Assembly (NCBI GenBank): GCA_046350855.1
Contig: JAXLZM010000003.1
Span: forward strand, 12,311 to 76,310
Direction: 5' to 3'
Origin: Candidatus Anderseniibacteriota bacterium
Lineage (GTDB): Bacteria; Patescibacteriota; JAUYIX01
DNA: 64,000 nucleotides
Made by a program: the position numbers and the translations under genes
In this document: positions 40,130 through 49,122 of the stretch, piece after piece
Layout: each line of letters begins with the position of its first letter
Numbering within the stretch: the first letter of the stretch is position 1
The notes under the pieces: generated by a model
Told to the model about the DNA's origin: nothing
Database searches by the model: none
Seen by the model: the letters and a program-made list of their open reading frames with translations, nothing else

Positions 40130-41176
40130 ATGCAGCGCTCAGTCAGGTTACCTCGGGATGAACACGCCCACCGTGTCCAGTATGAGTGGTGGTACGCGCA
40201 TGGCTACCTAGAAAACGAGGCTGGTCGGCGCTACGGCTTTATGCTGTGCTTTTTTAAATTTGATGCGGCCACGATCAAGCGGTTTTTTCCGCAGTTCAAA
40301 CCGTATCCGGCAAAGATGCTCTACCAAATGACGCTCGGGCTCACCGACGTGACGGGGCAAACCCACCATTTTGACGAACATACCTTTGTGCCCTGGCCGG
40401 GACATGTCGGGGCCAGGCGTTTTGGCAAGCTCAACGTTTTCTTTGGACACAATCACCTCCGGCGTGTGGCACCCAACCGTTTTAGTTTGAGCATGCAGCA
40501 TCACCACCGCCACCTACGACTGCATTTTTATGATCGTAAAGGACCGGTGCTGCATGGGACCCGAGGCGTCTTAAGCTTTCCTAAATCAGGTTCGACCGTC
40601 TACTACTCCCATCCCCGCCTAACGGTGCATGGCGCTTTTGAAGCAGCAGGACCGGAGGGCAAAAAAGAAGCTGAGTTTGTGCGCGGCTCGGGCTGGATCG
40701 ATCACCAGTGGGGTGACTTTGCGGCCGACCAGCCTTTTTCGTTTTGGAACTGGACGGGTATCCAACTCGATGACGGCAGCGAGCTGATGGTCTACGAGCC
40801 ATTTTTGCCAGACGGCACAAGTGCTGGTTGTAAAGTGACCTGGTTTGGCCCTAAGGGCGAGCGCAAAGTCACCAAGGGGATCTGGAAGCCCGGCAGCCAT
40901 TGGACCAGTCCCAAATCAAAAATCACCTACCCCATCGACCACCAGATCAGTGTGCCAGCCCTTGATCTCGAGCTGACCCTCCGTGCGGACGTGCGCGATC
41001 AGGAGATGTATTCGTCCTTCTTTAAATACTGGGAGGGCAGCTGCTCCGTGATCGGTAAACGCGCCCACAAACACATAACCGGTAAGTCCTATGTGGAGCT
41101 TACCGGTTATGATCGGTTGTCGCCTCAGGGGCGACGCAACCGTTTGGGCCTTAAGCGGCAGGCAGTTAGGCCTTAG
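40130..41176 (+). CDS. AttH/CrtC-like lipocalin-domain protein (predicted secreted hydrolase family)
   Basis: N-terminal P.DEHAH....EWWY..G.L motif typical of CrtC/AttH. Confidence 0.55.
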   Translation: MQRSVRLPRDEHAHRVQYEWWYAHGYLENEAGRRYGFMLCFFKFDAATIKRFFPQFKPYPAKMLYQMTLGLTDVTGQTHHFDEHTFVPWPGHVGARRFGKLNVFFGHNHLRRVAPNRFSLSMQHHHRHLRLHFYDRKGPVLHGTRGVLSFPKSGSTVYYSHPRLTVHGAFEAAGPEGKKEAEFVRGSGWIDHQWGDFAADQPFSFWNWTGIQLDDGSELMVYEPFLPDGTSAGCKVTWFGPKGERKVTKGIWKPGSHWTSPKSKITYPIDHQISVPALDLELTLRADVRDQEMYSSFFKYWEGSCSVIGKRAHKHITGKSYVELTGYDRLSPQGRRNRLGLKRQAVRP

Positions 41177-41724
41177 CCGAGGACCTCGATGGTTGCCGTG
41201 CGGCGACCAAACTGGATGGCGTCATGGTAGTGACGAAACCAGATGTCGACGTGACCCGAGGGAGTCGCGCTACGGTCGTGGACCGTAAAGATGCGATCTC
41301 CAAACAGCGACGGGATGCGGAACTTAGTACCAAAGGGCAGGGCGTATGGGCCAGCTGCAACACCTTCTGTACACCACGTACCGTCAGCCGTGTACCAGGG
41401 TGAACCGTCGGTTTGGCCAACTTCACTGTTGTAGCCAGTAACCTGGACGTTCAAGGTGAACTTCACACGGAACTTGGGAGCCTGCTTAGGCAGGGCTTTG
41501 CGCACCTTACCCGCTTGCGAAGCCTGGATCGTAGCGATCGACTTCTGCAGCGGAAAGAGTTGGGCCTGAGCCGGAGGGAGCGACTTAACGAGAGAGGCTG
41601 AGAGTTCAGCCTTACCGTTGATCGCAAAGAGTCCGGTCCAAGCGGCAGAGATGGCAATGAGCAATGCAAGCAGACGAGTCTGAGTACCCTGAGTGATTTT
41701 GAGTGTTTTTGAGGTGAGTTTCAT
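41173..41724 (-). CDS. 3D-domain (RlpA-like double-psi beta-barrel) cell-wall protein, membrane-anchored
   Basis: VTGYNSEVGQTDGSPWYTADGT...TVHDRSATPSGHVDIWF matches the 3D domain. Confidence 0.65.
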   Translation of the reverse strand: MKLTSKTLKITQGTQTRLLALLIAISAAWTGLFAINGKAELSASLVKSLPPAQAQLFPLQKSIATIQASQAGKVRKALPKQAPKFRVKFTLNVQVTGYNSEVGQTDGSPWYTADGTWCTEGVAAGPYALPFGTKFRIPSLFGDRIFTVHDRSATPSGHVDIWFRHYHDAIQFGRRTATIEVLG

Positions 41725-42033
41725 TGGTTTTGTTAGGGCCCCGGGTCACCCGTGGATGCGGGCTAGCACGATCAAGGCATTGAGGTTGTTTAGACCCCAT
41801 GCCTCGTTACGTACGAGGCAAATAAAAAATGCCCTCTAGCAGGGCACTTCTTGTCGCTGTTTTCTCGACAAGACGGATACCCTAGCAGATTTTAGGCTCC
41901 GAGTCAATCCACCCGGTTGAACCGCCTTTTTTGTGGCTCTATAAAGCCACTTTAAGCTATTTGCCAAATCTAAAAAATCATCAAAAATAGACATTTTCGA
42001 CCTCAAAAAGTGGTCAAAAACACGTCAAGTCCA

Positions 42034-42070
42034 AGCTTAAAAAAACCTAAAAACCGGCCTTTTAGCCGGT
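42034..42070 (-). terminator. Intrinsic terminator downstream of tRNA-Gly(GCC) and the DUF1704 gene
   Basis: On the minus strand ACCGGCUAAAAGGCCGGU is followed by UUUUUAGGUUUUUUU. Confidence 0.6.
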
Positions 42071-42099
42071 ACTTGCGTTACGTTATATGGCTAAATCCC

Positions 42100-42174
42100 T
42101 GGAGCGGGAGACGGGATTCGCACCCGCGACCTCTTCCTTGGCAAGGAAGCGTTCTGCTCCTGAACTACTCCCGC
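42100..42174 (-). tRNA. tRNA-Gly (anticodon GCC), CCA encoded
   Basis: The reverse complement gives GCGGGAG acceptor, anticodon stem CTTCC/GGAAG with loop TTGCCAA, T-arm GCGGGTGCGAATCCCGTC. Confidence 0.85.
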
Positions 42175-42243
42175 AAAAAGCTCGCTGTCGAGCTGGATTC
42201 TGTCCAGTTCGCCCAGTCTAAACTGCAAAAAGAGGCTTGTCTA

Positions 42244-43785
42244 CTAGTCTTTCTCAAGATCTTTTAGATCGGTGTCGGTGATCTCAAGTTGGTCCAAAAC
42301 CCATACATGGCGCTCGTTAGTTGGGTCAAATTTACCCAGGTTGAACCGATGTGCCTCTTCTGGCTTTTTGCCGATTAACTGCCAAATAGCCATGTTGCCT
42401 TCTCGATAAATGTAATCGCGGGTAAAGACCGCACCGGGGGTTTTGCCGTCGGTTCCTCTAAAGGTACGGACGGTGTTATCCCAGCCAACATTGGTGCCCA
42501 TTTCTGTGGCTTTGCGTATTTCCATTCCTTGGCTGATCCGGCGCAAAGTTGCATAGCGCTTGTTGATTTCGAAGAGCTCTCTAAAGTTTCTGGGCTTTCC
42601 GTCTATGCCAAGCGCCATACCAACCCCAAGATGGCCTGACGGAATTCCAAAGTCGACCCGGCCTTCATAGGCTTGTTCTGCTGCAATTGCGCCGCCCTCT
42701 TCTCCGCGAATATACCGATCAAGACCCGCTACTCCGAGCAGGCGCAATCTGCTGCGCTCACCACGCTCTCTGCGTAAGGGATGGGTAATAACTTCATGCA
42801 ATACGTAGGGCACTAAATCATTTATTTTTACGGGGTCGGAGGCCTGCTCAGGAACATAGACCTCTTTTTTATCCTGGCTGACTGCATAGCCTTTTCTGTT
42901 TGGATCGATAACGACTTTCCAACCAACTTTATCTAGACTAATGGTTTTAAGCGCGCTCTCGAACTCCTGGGCGACTTGCTCTGAGGTTAAGTCAAGTTGT
43001 TCTGGATGTTGCTTATTTCGCGGCAATTTAGTCTTCTCTACCCCGTATTTTTGCTCAATAGTCTCGATTGTTTCCTTAAACTGCGTACGATTTACTTTTT
43101 CGTAGTAGTCAATGGTCTCTTTAGGTGGGTACAAAAATTGCGTCTCACTCTGGCTTTCACTTGGGAGAAGTGCAAAAAACTCATCAGCCATTTTTTGAAC
43201 TTCTGGATTGTCAGGATGCAATTCACGTGCTTTTTCGGCTTCTTGTCTCACACCGTTAACGGTTGCAAAAAACATATCCTTATCTGGTTTACCAAAAACA
43301 TATTCGGAATAGCGCATAAACCGTCGGCTTTTACCTTCAGCCGTTGCACGAAGCATGCGGATGCTGGCGATCGATTCATTAATGCGCCAAAGATACGCCA
43401 TACGCATAACTAACTCTGGATCCTGCCTAGTCTCTTTTTTCCAAAGATCCGCCATCTTTCTACCAATATCTTTTTCGTTGAGTTGTAGCTCCTTCTTAAG
43501 GCTGAGCAACGTGTCTTCTTGTTGTTGTAATTGAGTCAGCTTCTCTGGAGTCAATTTGGGATAGTCGAGTTCTGGACTCTCGATTTCACCCTTTAAGAAA
43601 GCCTCCCGCTGGGAAGCGATTTTTTGCGGCGTATTCTCGATTGAGCTAATTACTTCAACCCCAAGATAGGGCTGAACACGATCATAGAGCTCCTTATCTA
43701 GCTGAGTTTTTTCCTGCTTTGGAGACTCCGCTGGAAGACCCAGCTCGTACGGTGAAGGACCGCGTTCAACGGAAAACATGGGCAA
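42244..43785 (-). CDS. DUF1704 / QEGLA-motif family protein (MATCAP-like putative HExxxH metallopeptidase), paralog A, AT-richer
   Basis: AYLWRINES, FGKPD, LHEVITHPLRRE, LDRYIRGEEGGAIAAEQAY and GKFDPTNERHVWVLD, all shared with the neighbouring paralog. Confidence 0.5.
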   Translation of the reverse strand: MPMFSVERGPSPYELGLPAESPKQEKTQLDKELYDRVQPYLGVEVISSIENTPQKIASQREAFLKGEIESPELDYPKLTPEKLTQLQQQEDTLLSLKKELQLNEKDIGRKMADLWKKETRQDPELVMRMAYLWRINESIASIRMLRATAEGKSRRFMRYSEYVFGKPDKDMFFATVNGVRQEAEKARELHPDNPEVQKMADEFFALLPSESQSETQFLYPPKETIDYYEKVNRTQFKETIETIEQKYGVEKTKLPRNKQHPEQLDLTSEQVAQEFESALKTISLDKVGWKVVIDPNRKGYAVSQDKKEVYVPEQASDPVKINDLVPYVLHEVITHPLRRERGERSRLRLLGVAGLDRYIRGEEGGAIAAEQAYEGRVDFGIPSGHLGVGMALGIDGKPRNFRELFEINKRYATLRRISQGMEIRKATEMGTNVGWDNTVRTFRGTDGKTPGAVFTRDYIYREGNMAIWQLIGKKPEEAHRFNLGKFDPTNERHVWVLDQLEITDTDLKDLEKD

Positions 43786-43911
43786 AGTATACCGTACCAG
43801 CCAGGTTGACCAAATGACATTTTTATGCTATTTTGCGGGGCTCTTTTGCCCTTCGACAATCCGTAAAAATCGTATTCAATCTGGTACGCAACCCATGAGG
43901 ACAAGCAAGAT

Positions 43912-45354
43912 ATGAGTGAACCAACGCACGTGGACTCAGAACTGTACGATCGGCTCAAGGAGCCCTTCGAGATGGACGCTCTTACCTATATCCAGGTCGA
44001 CGCAAAGTTGTTCCTGGCACAACGCCAGGACTTTTACGACGGCAACCTGCGCAACCCCGTCTTTACGTACAGCGGCTTGACCAAGGAAGTCTTGGCCAAG
44101 ATGAACCAGTTCGAGATGTTGCTTTTGGAAGCTCGCAAGGAACTGCGTGGAACGGATCGTTCCTACGCCCGCATCATGCAGGGCGGCTGGAACTCCATCA
44201 CGCGATCTCTGGAGACTGGTCGTCGTTTTGCCTACCTCTGGCGTATCAATGAGGCGCTCGCCAAGGTGCGACTGATCAAGGCCTGCGCCTCTGGCAAAAC
44301 CAAGCGCGCTCAACGCTACTCGATCTTCATGTTCGGCAAACCGGACTACAAGATGTATCGCGCAAGCGTGGCCGAGGTTCGTGCTGAGGTGCGTCGCTGG
44401 CAAGAGGCGCAGCCGGAGAACGAGGATCTCAAGCGCGTTGGCAACGAGTTGCTGACTCTCCTGCCCGATATCGGGCCGGAGGAACAGTACGAGTTGCCCA
44501 AGCCCAACCTGATCGCCAAACTCACGCAGTACGTGCGTGAGCAGTTCAAGTCGGTCATCGAATTCTATGAGAACCGCTACGGTGCGGACAAGACGCAGCG
44601 CGGTCTCGAGAACCTCGGCGACCTACCGTTTGTGACTAAGGAGGAAGCAATCGTCGGGTTCCAGTTCGCCATGCAGGTCTTCGCTCTGTTCAAGTTCGGG
44701 TTCAACCTTATCGTGACCTGGGCCAAGCGCGGCTATTCCGTCTCCCAAAAGGAGCTGGCAGTGTTCATTCCGGCCGATCCTGACTGCGGCAAAATCAAGT
44801 GCAACGAACTGGTGCGCTGGACGCTCCATGAGGTCTGCGTACACCCGCTTAGACGGTTGCGCGGACATCTCAGCAAGCTGCGACTTATGGAGTTTGGCCT
44901 CGATCGTTACGAGGCTGGAGAGGAAGGTTCGGCAATTGCAATCGAAGATGCCTACACCGGAGAAGTGCTGGGCTATGGTTTTGCGACCGGACCAGTCGCT
45001 GTCTCTCTCGCTCTCGGACTGGATGGTACGCCGCGCGACTTTCGGGACTTGTTCGAGATCATGTCGTTGTACGCGATCTGTCGTCGACTAGGGCCTCAAA
45101 AGCTCCCGCTTGAGAAGGCCACTCATGATGGCAAAGTCCTTGCCTTCGACAACACGATGCGGACCTTCCGGAGCGGTGACCCCTCCATTCCTGGTCGCGT
45201 CTTTACCAGGGACATCATCTACCGGAGAAGCAACCGTGCTTTTTGGGAGACGATGGAGTCGCATCCGGAGCGACTCGAGCACTTACTGGACGGCAAGTAC
45301 GATCTCGCCAATGAGCGACACATGTGGATTCTCGAATGCATCGAGGCTGCATGA
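43912..45354 (+). CDS. DUF1704 / QEGLA-motif family protein (MATCAP-like putative HExxxH metallopeptidase), paralog B, GC-richer
   Basis: FAYLWRINEA, FGKPD, LHEVCVHPLRR, LDRYEAGEEGSAIAIEDAY and GKYDLANERHMWILE. Confidence 0.5.
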   Translation: MSEPTHVDSELYDRLKEPFEMDALTYIQVDAKLFLAQRQDFYDGNLRNPVFTYSGLTKEVLAKMNQFEMLLLEARKELRGTDRSYARIMQGGWNSITRSLETGRRFAYLWRINEALAKVRLIKACASGKTKRAQRYSIFMFGKPDYKMYRASVAEVRAEVRRWQEAQPENEDLKRVGNELLTLLPDIGPEEQYELPKPNLIAKLTQYVREQFKSVIEFYENRYGADKTQRGLENLGDLPFVTKEEAIVGFQFAMQVFALFKFGFNLIVTWAKRGYSVSQKELAVFIPADPDCGKIKCNELVRWTLHEVCVHPLRRLRGHLSKLRLMEFGLDRYEAGEEGSAIAIEDAYTGEVLGYGFATGPVAVSLALGLDGTPRDFRDLFEIMSLYAICRRLGPQKLPLEKATHDGKVLAFDNTMRTFRSGDPSIPGRVFTRDIIYRRSNRAFWETMESHPERLEHLLDGKYDLANERHMWILECIEAA

Positions 45355-45425
45355 ACTACAACGGCCCCACTCTTCGAAAGAAGAGTCGGGGCCTTTTTCT
45401 TTTGGGGCACTTTGTTAGCCCCTAT

Positions 45426-46892
45426 TTATGCTAGCCGGTAAATCTCGAACGCATCCCCCACGCCCTTAAGCGAGACGGTGTCTTTTTTGGCCTTGAGTTT
45501 GGCGTCGGACATAACATCCCGTACACGCGGAGCAACATAGACTTGCGGTGAGACGACGATCTCGCCCGCGTTAGCCGCGTTTTGGACGCGAGCCGCGATG
45601 TTGACGGTCTGACCAAAGTAATCCAGGCGCTCATTGAGTTCGACCGCGATACAGGGACCAGTATGAATACCGATTTTGAGGACGAGGTCCTCGTCCATCC
45701 CCACACTTTGGATTTCGCGGTTCATCCGAGCAGCGGCCTCCAGAGCGGCAGCGGGATCCGAGAAGCTGGCCATAATGGCATCGCCGATAGTTTTGACCAC
45801 GGCTCCACCGGACATTTTGACGATCTTGCGTAGGAGGGCAAAGTGCTCACGGACGATCCCGTAGGCTTTAAAGTCGCCAATACGACGGTACATCTCGGTC
45901 GACCCCTTAAGGTCAGTAAATAAGAGGGTCAGGTTTTTGAACTCCAACCCATTACCGGACGGGATACTCTCCGAGCGAAACAGGTCCCGAAAAGTCTGGG
46001 TCGTGACCAGGCGCTTACCATTGAGATAGGGCAAAAAATCGGGCTTGGGTTTTTTACCGGGCTTACCAAAGCTGTCTTCCATTAACTTTTGTGGATCGCG
46101 GATCAGGCCGTAGGCGCGATCGCGACCGACGCGGTTACGGATGGTGAAGTGTTGTTGGCCCGGAGCCAACTTGACCTCATCGGGGATAAAGGCGCCATCG
46201 ACATGCTCCACCACTACCGCATGCTGCTCACTCTTAGGCGTCACATCGATCTCCAGATTAGCGTGCTCCAAGGGAGAACCGAGCGAGTAGTGGCCGGGGG
46301 TGAGCTTGGTGTCGATGGCAGTGGCACCGGGTTTGAGCTTACCGGTCAGGATGGCGCCTTGTTCGATAATCTCTTTTTTGCGCTCGAGATCGGTGACGCT
46401 GGTCGAAAAAAAGACCGTCATGACGTCGCGGATGGTGGTCAGCTCGGTCGGAGTATGAAAACGAATGTGACGCACGGAGGGCGAGACGGTAAAGGCCACC
46501 TCCACGTTATCGTCGATGTTGCTCTGCACCGGCAAGCGGCAGAGGCCACAGTTCATGTTTTGGTTGAGGGCTTTGAGACCACCGGCCGTGGTGATAAAGC
46601 CGCCACAGAGCGGACAGAGTACGCCCCAGTTAAAGTCGAGAAGTCCGGCGTGCGCGGCGTGCAAAAAAAGATCGATCCCGACCGACTCGGGGATCTTGTG
46701 GGCCGCGGCATAGCGCAGTGGGCTCATCCTAAAGAGCTCTTCGTCTGAGGCGTTATCTAAAAACTCGGCAAAGTCGTCGATGACCCGAGACTCAAATCCA
46801 CCGTTGGCTCGGACCGCGTCCAAGCGGGCCATGCGCGCAGAGAGCGCCATAGCCTCGGCAACGCGTTCTCGATAGTTGGCAGGTTTTGGCAT
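45426..46892 (-). CDS. Class III adenylate/guanylate cyclase with N-terminal Cys-rich (zinc-ribbon-like) sensor domain
   Basis: C-terminal cyclase core (FTDLKGSTEMYRR...VKTIGDAIMASF), N-terminal CPLCGG...CGLC. Confidence 0.75.
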   Translation of the reverse strand: MPKPANYRERVAEAMALSARMARLDAVRANGGFESRVIDDFAEFLDNASDEELFRMSPLRYAAAHKIPESVGIDLFLHAAHAGLLDFNWGVLCPLCGGFITTAGGLKALNQNMNCGLCRLPVQSNIDDNVEVAFTVSPSVRHIRFHTPTELTTIRDVMTVFFSTSVTDLERKKEIIEQGAILTGKLKPGATAIDTKLTPGHYSLGSPLEHANLEIDVTPKSEQHAVVVEHVDGAFIPDEVKLAPGQQHFTIRNRVGRDRAYGLIRDPQKLMEDSFGKPGKKPKPDFLPYLNGKRLVTTQTFRDLFRSESIPSGNGLEFKNLTLLFTDLKGSTEMYRRIGDFKAYGIVREHFALLRKIVKMSGGAVVKTIGDAIMASFSDPAAALEAAARMNREIQSVGMDEDLVLKIGIHTGPCIAVELNERLDYFGQTVNIAARVQNAANAGEIVVSPQVYVAPRVRDVMSDAKLKAKKDTVSLKGVGDAFEIYRLA

Positions 46893-47037
46893 AACCGATT
46901 AGTTGTACAGCATTTTGAGCAACTATTCAACCGGTGCGGCTCACATTGTTGTTACGCCAGATACAAAAAGGCCCCGGTTTACACCGGGGCCTTTAGTTCA
47001 CCCTGCCTTAGGTGGGACAGAGTGGCAGACTAGACGC

Positions 47038-47430
47038 TTACGCGCTTACCGCCGAGGACGAACCATTCTTACCCAAGAAAGCGGCAAGAAGTGCCCAGAT
47101 ACCGATCGCCAAGTGCAGGATCGAGTCGGCTGGGTTCTCAAGGTTTGCACCCAAGAACGCCGGGGTAAAGATCGAGTAGATACCGACCAATACGCCGATA
47201 ATTCCGAGCAAGACCACGACCCACTTTTGGACCATTGCTGGTACTGCAAAAGCGAGGATCAAGGCGACAACACCCAAAATGGTGTGGGCCCAGTTCTCAC
47301 CGTTATCAAACCACCAGGCATCGCCAAAGATGGATTGATCTGGGGTGGGACCAATGATCCCAAAGAACCCGATGACTCCGACCAACAGCAATACGATGCC
47401 GCCGATCAGGAGGAACTGTTTAGCGTTCAT
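47038..47430 (-). CDS. Hypothetical membrane protein (four TM helices)
   Basis: 130-aa hydrophobic ORF. Confidence 0.4.
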   Translation of the reverse strand: MNAKQFLLIGGIVLLLVGVIGFFGIIGPTPDQSIFGDAWWFDNGENWAHTILGVVALILAFAVPAMVQKWVVVLLGIIGVLVGIYSIFTPAFLGANLENPADSILHLAIGIWALLAAFLGKNGSSSAVSA

Positions 47431-47559
47431 ATAGGTAGAAAGCTTAATGGATTAGGGGCCAAGGCGGCCGTTAGGGCATTTATAGCACATCGCTTCCACA
47501 AATGGAGTGGCCTTTTCCACATCAGCTGCCGGTTGAACCGGGGCCGTCGGACAGCCCCG

Positions 47560-47634
47560 TGGAGCGGGAGACGGGATTCGAACCCGCGACCTTCTCCTTG
47601 GGAAGGAGACATTCTACCCCTGAACTACTCCCGC
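47560..47634 (-). tRNA. tRNA-Gly (anticodon CCC), CCA encoded
   Basis: Near-duplicate of tRNA-Gly(GCC). Anticodon stem TCTCC/GGAGA with loop TTCCCAA. Confidence 0.85.
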
Positions 47635-47647
47635 CAGTTTCTCCCTA

Positions 47648-47939
47648 TGGTGCCGAGGGCCAGGATCGAACTGGCGACGCCAGCCTCTTCCATACTTGGA
47701 CTATCTCATCATCCTTGCCTATTTGTTCAGACAAGGAGCTGGGCGCTTGTGTAGGAGTATTGTTGGGACTCACCTACTAGTCTCTACGCCTTCCGGTGGA
47801 ATTTAACCCGTACCGGCTTGGTTCGGGATTGGCAAACTTACGCTTGCTTTTCCCCGAGTTCACCCAGTTTTTAAAGATTCATTACTGAACCATGCCCCAA
47901 AGAGTCTAGGGCTGCGCTCTACCACTGAGCTACCTCGGC
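47648..47939 (-). tRNA. tRNA-Phe (anticodon GAA) interrupted in the anticodon loop, after U33, by a 217-nt group I intron; exons 47908..47939 and 47648..47690
   Basis: 5' exon GCCGAGGTAGCTCAGTGGTAGAGCGCAGCCCT, 3' exon GAAGAGGCTGGCGTCGCCAGTTCGATCCTGGCCCTCGGCACCA. The spliced product folds into a canonical cloverleaf with loop CUGAAGA. Confidence 0.8.
47691..47907 (-). mobile_element. Group I self-splicing intron (subgroup IC3-like, no ORF) in tRNA-Phe
   Basis: P1 pairs exon GCCCU with intron GGGGC, with a U.G wobble at the 5' splice site. P10 pairs intron UCUUU with 3' exon GAAGA. The R element GUAGAGACUAGUAGG and S element GAUGAGAUAGUCC (P7) resemble the Azoarcus and Anabaena tRNA introns. 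Omega-G comes before the 3' splice site. Confidence 0.8.
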
Positions 47940-47983
47940 ACGGCTGGCATACTAACAGCTCATCCTGCCTCAATCAACTCATG

Positions 47984-48060
47984 TGGTGGGCACTGTAGGG
48001 ATCGAACCTACGACCTCGTCAGTGTAAATGACGCGCTCTAACCAGCTGAGCTAAGTGCCC
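47984..48060 (-). tRNA. tRNA-Val (anticodon TAC), CCA encoded
   Basis: The reverse complement gives GGGCACT-TAGCTCAGCTGGTTAGAGC, anticodon stem CGTCA/TGACG with loop TTTACAC, T-arm GTAGGTTCGATCCCTAC. Confidence 0.85.
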
Positions 48061-48719
48061 AAAGATGCTTTAGTTACACCCTCTATCCAACCAAGAATAG
48101 ACAATAATAGCCGAGTGTCACAGATAACGATATCGAAGGTACCATATGGTAACGAATCTCGCTTACCCTTGCTGTTGCGGTTGCGTTTTCGATATGTTTT
48201 GTAAAACTGTTTTAGCGGAATACCAGAAACTTTTGACCAGTAGTGTTCTGCGAACCGATGGTCAAGGTGACCATGGATATGAATATGTCCTCTGAACTTT
48301 TTTTCTGGAACAGCACAAATCTCTTTAAAAAACCGCATCATTATTTGAACACTTTTTGGATCTCCATTGGAGAACCCAACTAAACCGTGATTTGTCTTTC
48401 TGCCCTCTCCCCAATACAAACCAATGCCCAGAATCCACAGATCACGCCGCGAAATCCGCTTGATCGATGCTGCCGCTATACTAGTAGTAACCGCACGTTT
48501 TACCATTTCATGTCTGAGCCTCGTTTGACGCCTCGATTCAATAACCTCAATGCTTGTATGACGTGCTTTAAGCCTATTAACTTGTTTTGGAGTTAGAGAT
48601 ACGTCGCGGACCCAAAGACTTGCTGTACTTTTTGAAATAGCAAGGGCTCGCGTAATTTGTTTCAAGGAGTATCCCTTTGAGCGTAAAATTCTTGCCCTAC
48701 GTCGCTCGATAAGCTTCAT
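48051..48719 (-). CDS. Putative homing endonuclease-like protein (HTH plus single LAGLIDADG-like motif ILGIGLYWGEGRK), paralog of 14434..15120; last 10 nt overlap tRNA-Val(TAC), stop is TAG of the tRNA D-stem
   Basis: Paralogous to 14434..15120. AT-rich by eye. AT-rich promoter-like upstream region with TATTATGAT. Confidence 0.5.
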   Translation of the reverse strand: MKLIERRRARILRSKGYSLKQITRALAISKSTASLWVRDVSLTPKQVNRLKARHTSIEVIESRRQTRLRHEMVKRAVTTSIAAASIKRISRRDLWILGIGLYWGEGRKTNHGLVGFSNGDPKSVQIMMRFFKEICAVPEKKFRGHIHIHGHLDHRFAEHYWSKVSGIPLKQFYKTYRKRNRNSKGKRDSLPYGTFDIVICDTRLLLSILGWIEGVTKASLGT

Positions 48720-48756
48720 GGGACTATTTTATCATAATACACTATCCCAGGGTTCG

Positions 48757-48790
48757 ATTTTTTAAATTAAAAGCGCGGGAGTACCGCGCT
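48757..48790 (-). terminator. Intrinsic terminator downstream of small ORF 48853..49122
   Basis: On the minus strand AGCGCGGUACUCCCGCGCU is followed by UUUUAAUUUAAAAAAU. Confidence 0.55.
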
Positions 48791-48804
48791 CTATACAGTA
48801 GTTA

Positions 48805-48837
48805 GGGAGAGGGAGGATGAACCACGGTTCATCCTCC
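48805..48837. repeat. SD-containing hairpin element, copy A (AGAGGGAGGAUGAACC-AC-GGUUCAUCCUCC)
   Basis: 12-bp perfect stem. Shares the AGAGGGAGGA prefix and the ...CCUCC closing arm with the elements at 63150..63186 and 63557..63589. Confidence 0.6.
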
Positions 48838-48852
48838 GGGAGAACTAGGGAG

Positions 48853-49122
48853 CTAGGAAGCGACGTCGCTCGCGAAGGTGGTCTCGGCCAGCACAGCCAA
48901 GCCCGCCAGACTACCCTGGTCGAGCATCTCGAAGTGCTTGCAGATCGGGCAACCGTGTGCACCGGCCGGGTGGATGAGGAGACGCTGCGTTTGGTGGTTG
49001 GTCTTGGGATTGTCGGTCGAGCCGTTGGGGCAGAAAGGTGAACGATCGCTGAACTGCCAACCGAACGAGTACGCAATGGGGAGTTTGCGGAGCTGATCCT
49101 CGGTCAGATTCTCAAATGCCAT
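48853..49122 (-). CDS. Hypothetical 89-aa Cys/His-containing protein (CPNG...HGCPICKH), own RBS and terminator, flanked by 16-bp perfect inverted repeats
   Basis: Strong SD (AAGGAG, 5 nt, ATG). Terminator at 48757..48790. Inverted repeat TACAGTAGTTAGGGAG at 48794..48809 and its reverse complement at 49152..49167. Confidence 0.5.
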   Translation of the reverse strand: MAFENLTEDQLRKLPIAYSFGWQFSDRSPFCPNGSTDNPKTNHQTQRLLIHPAGAHGCPICKHFEMLDQGSLAGLAVLAETTFASDVAS

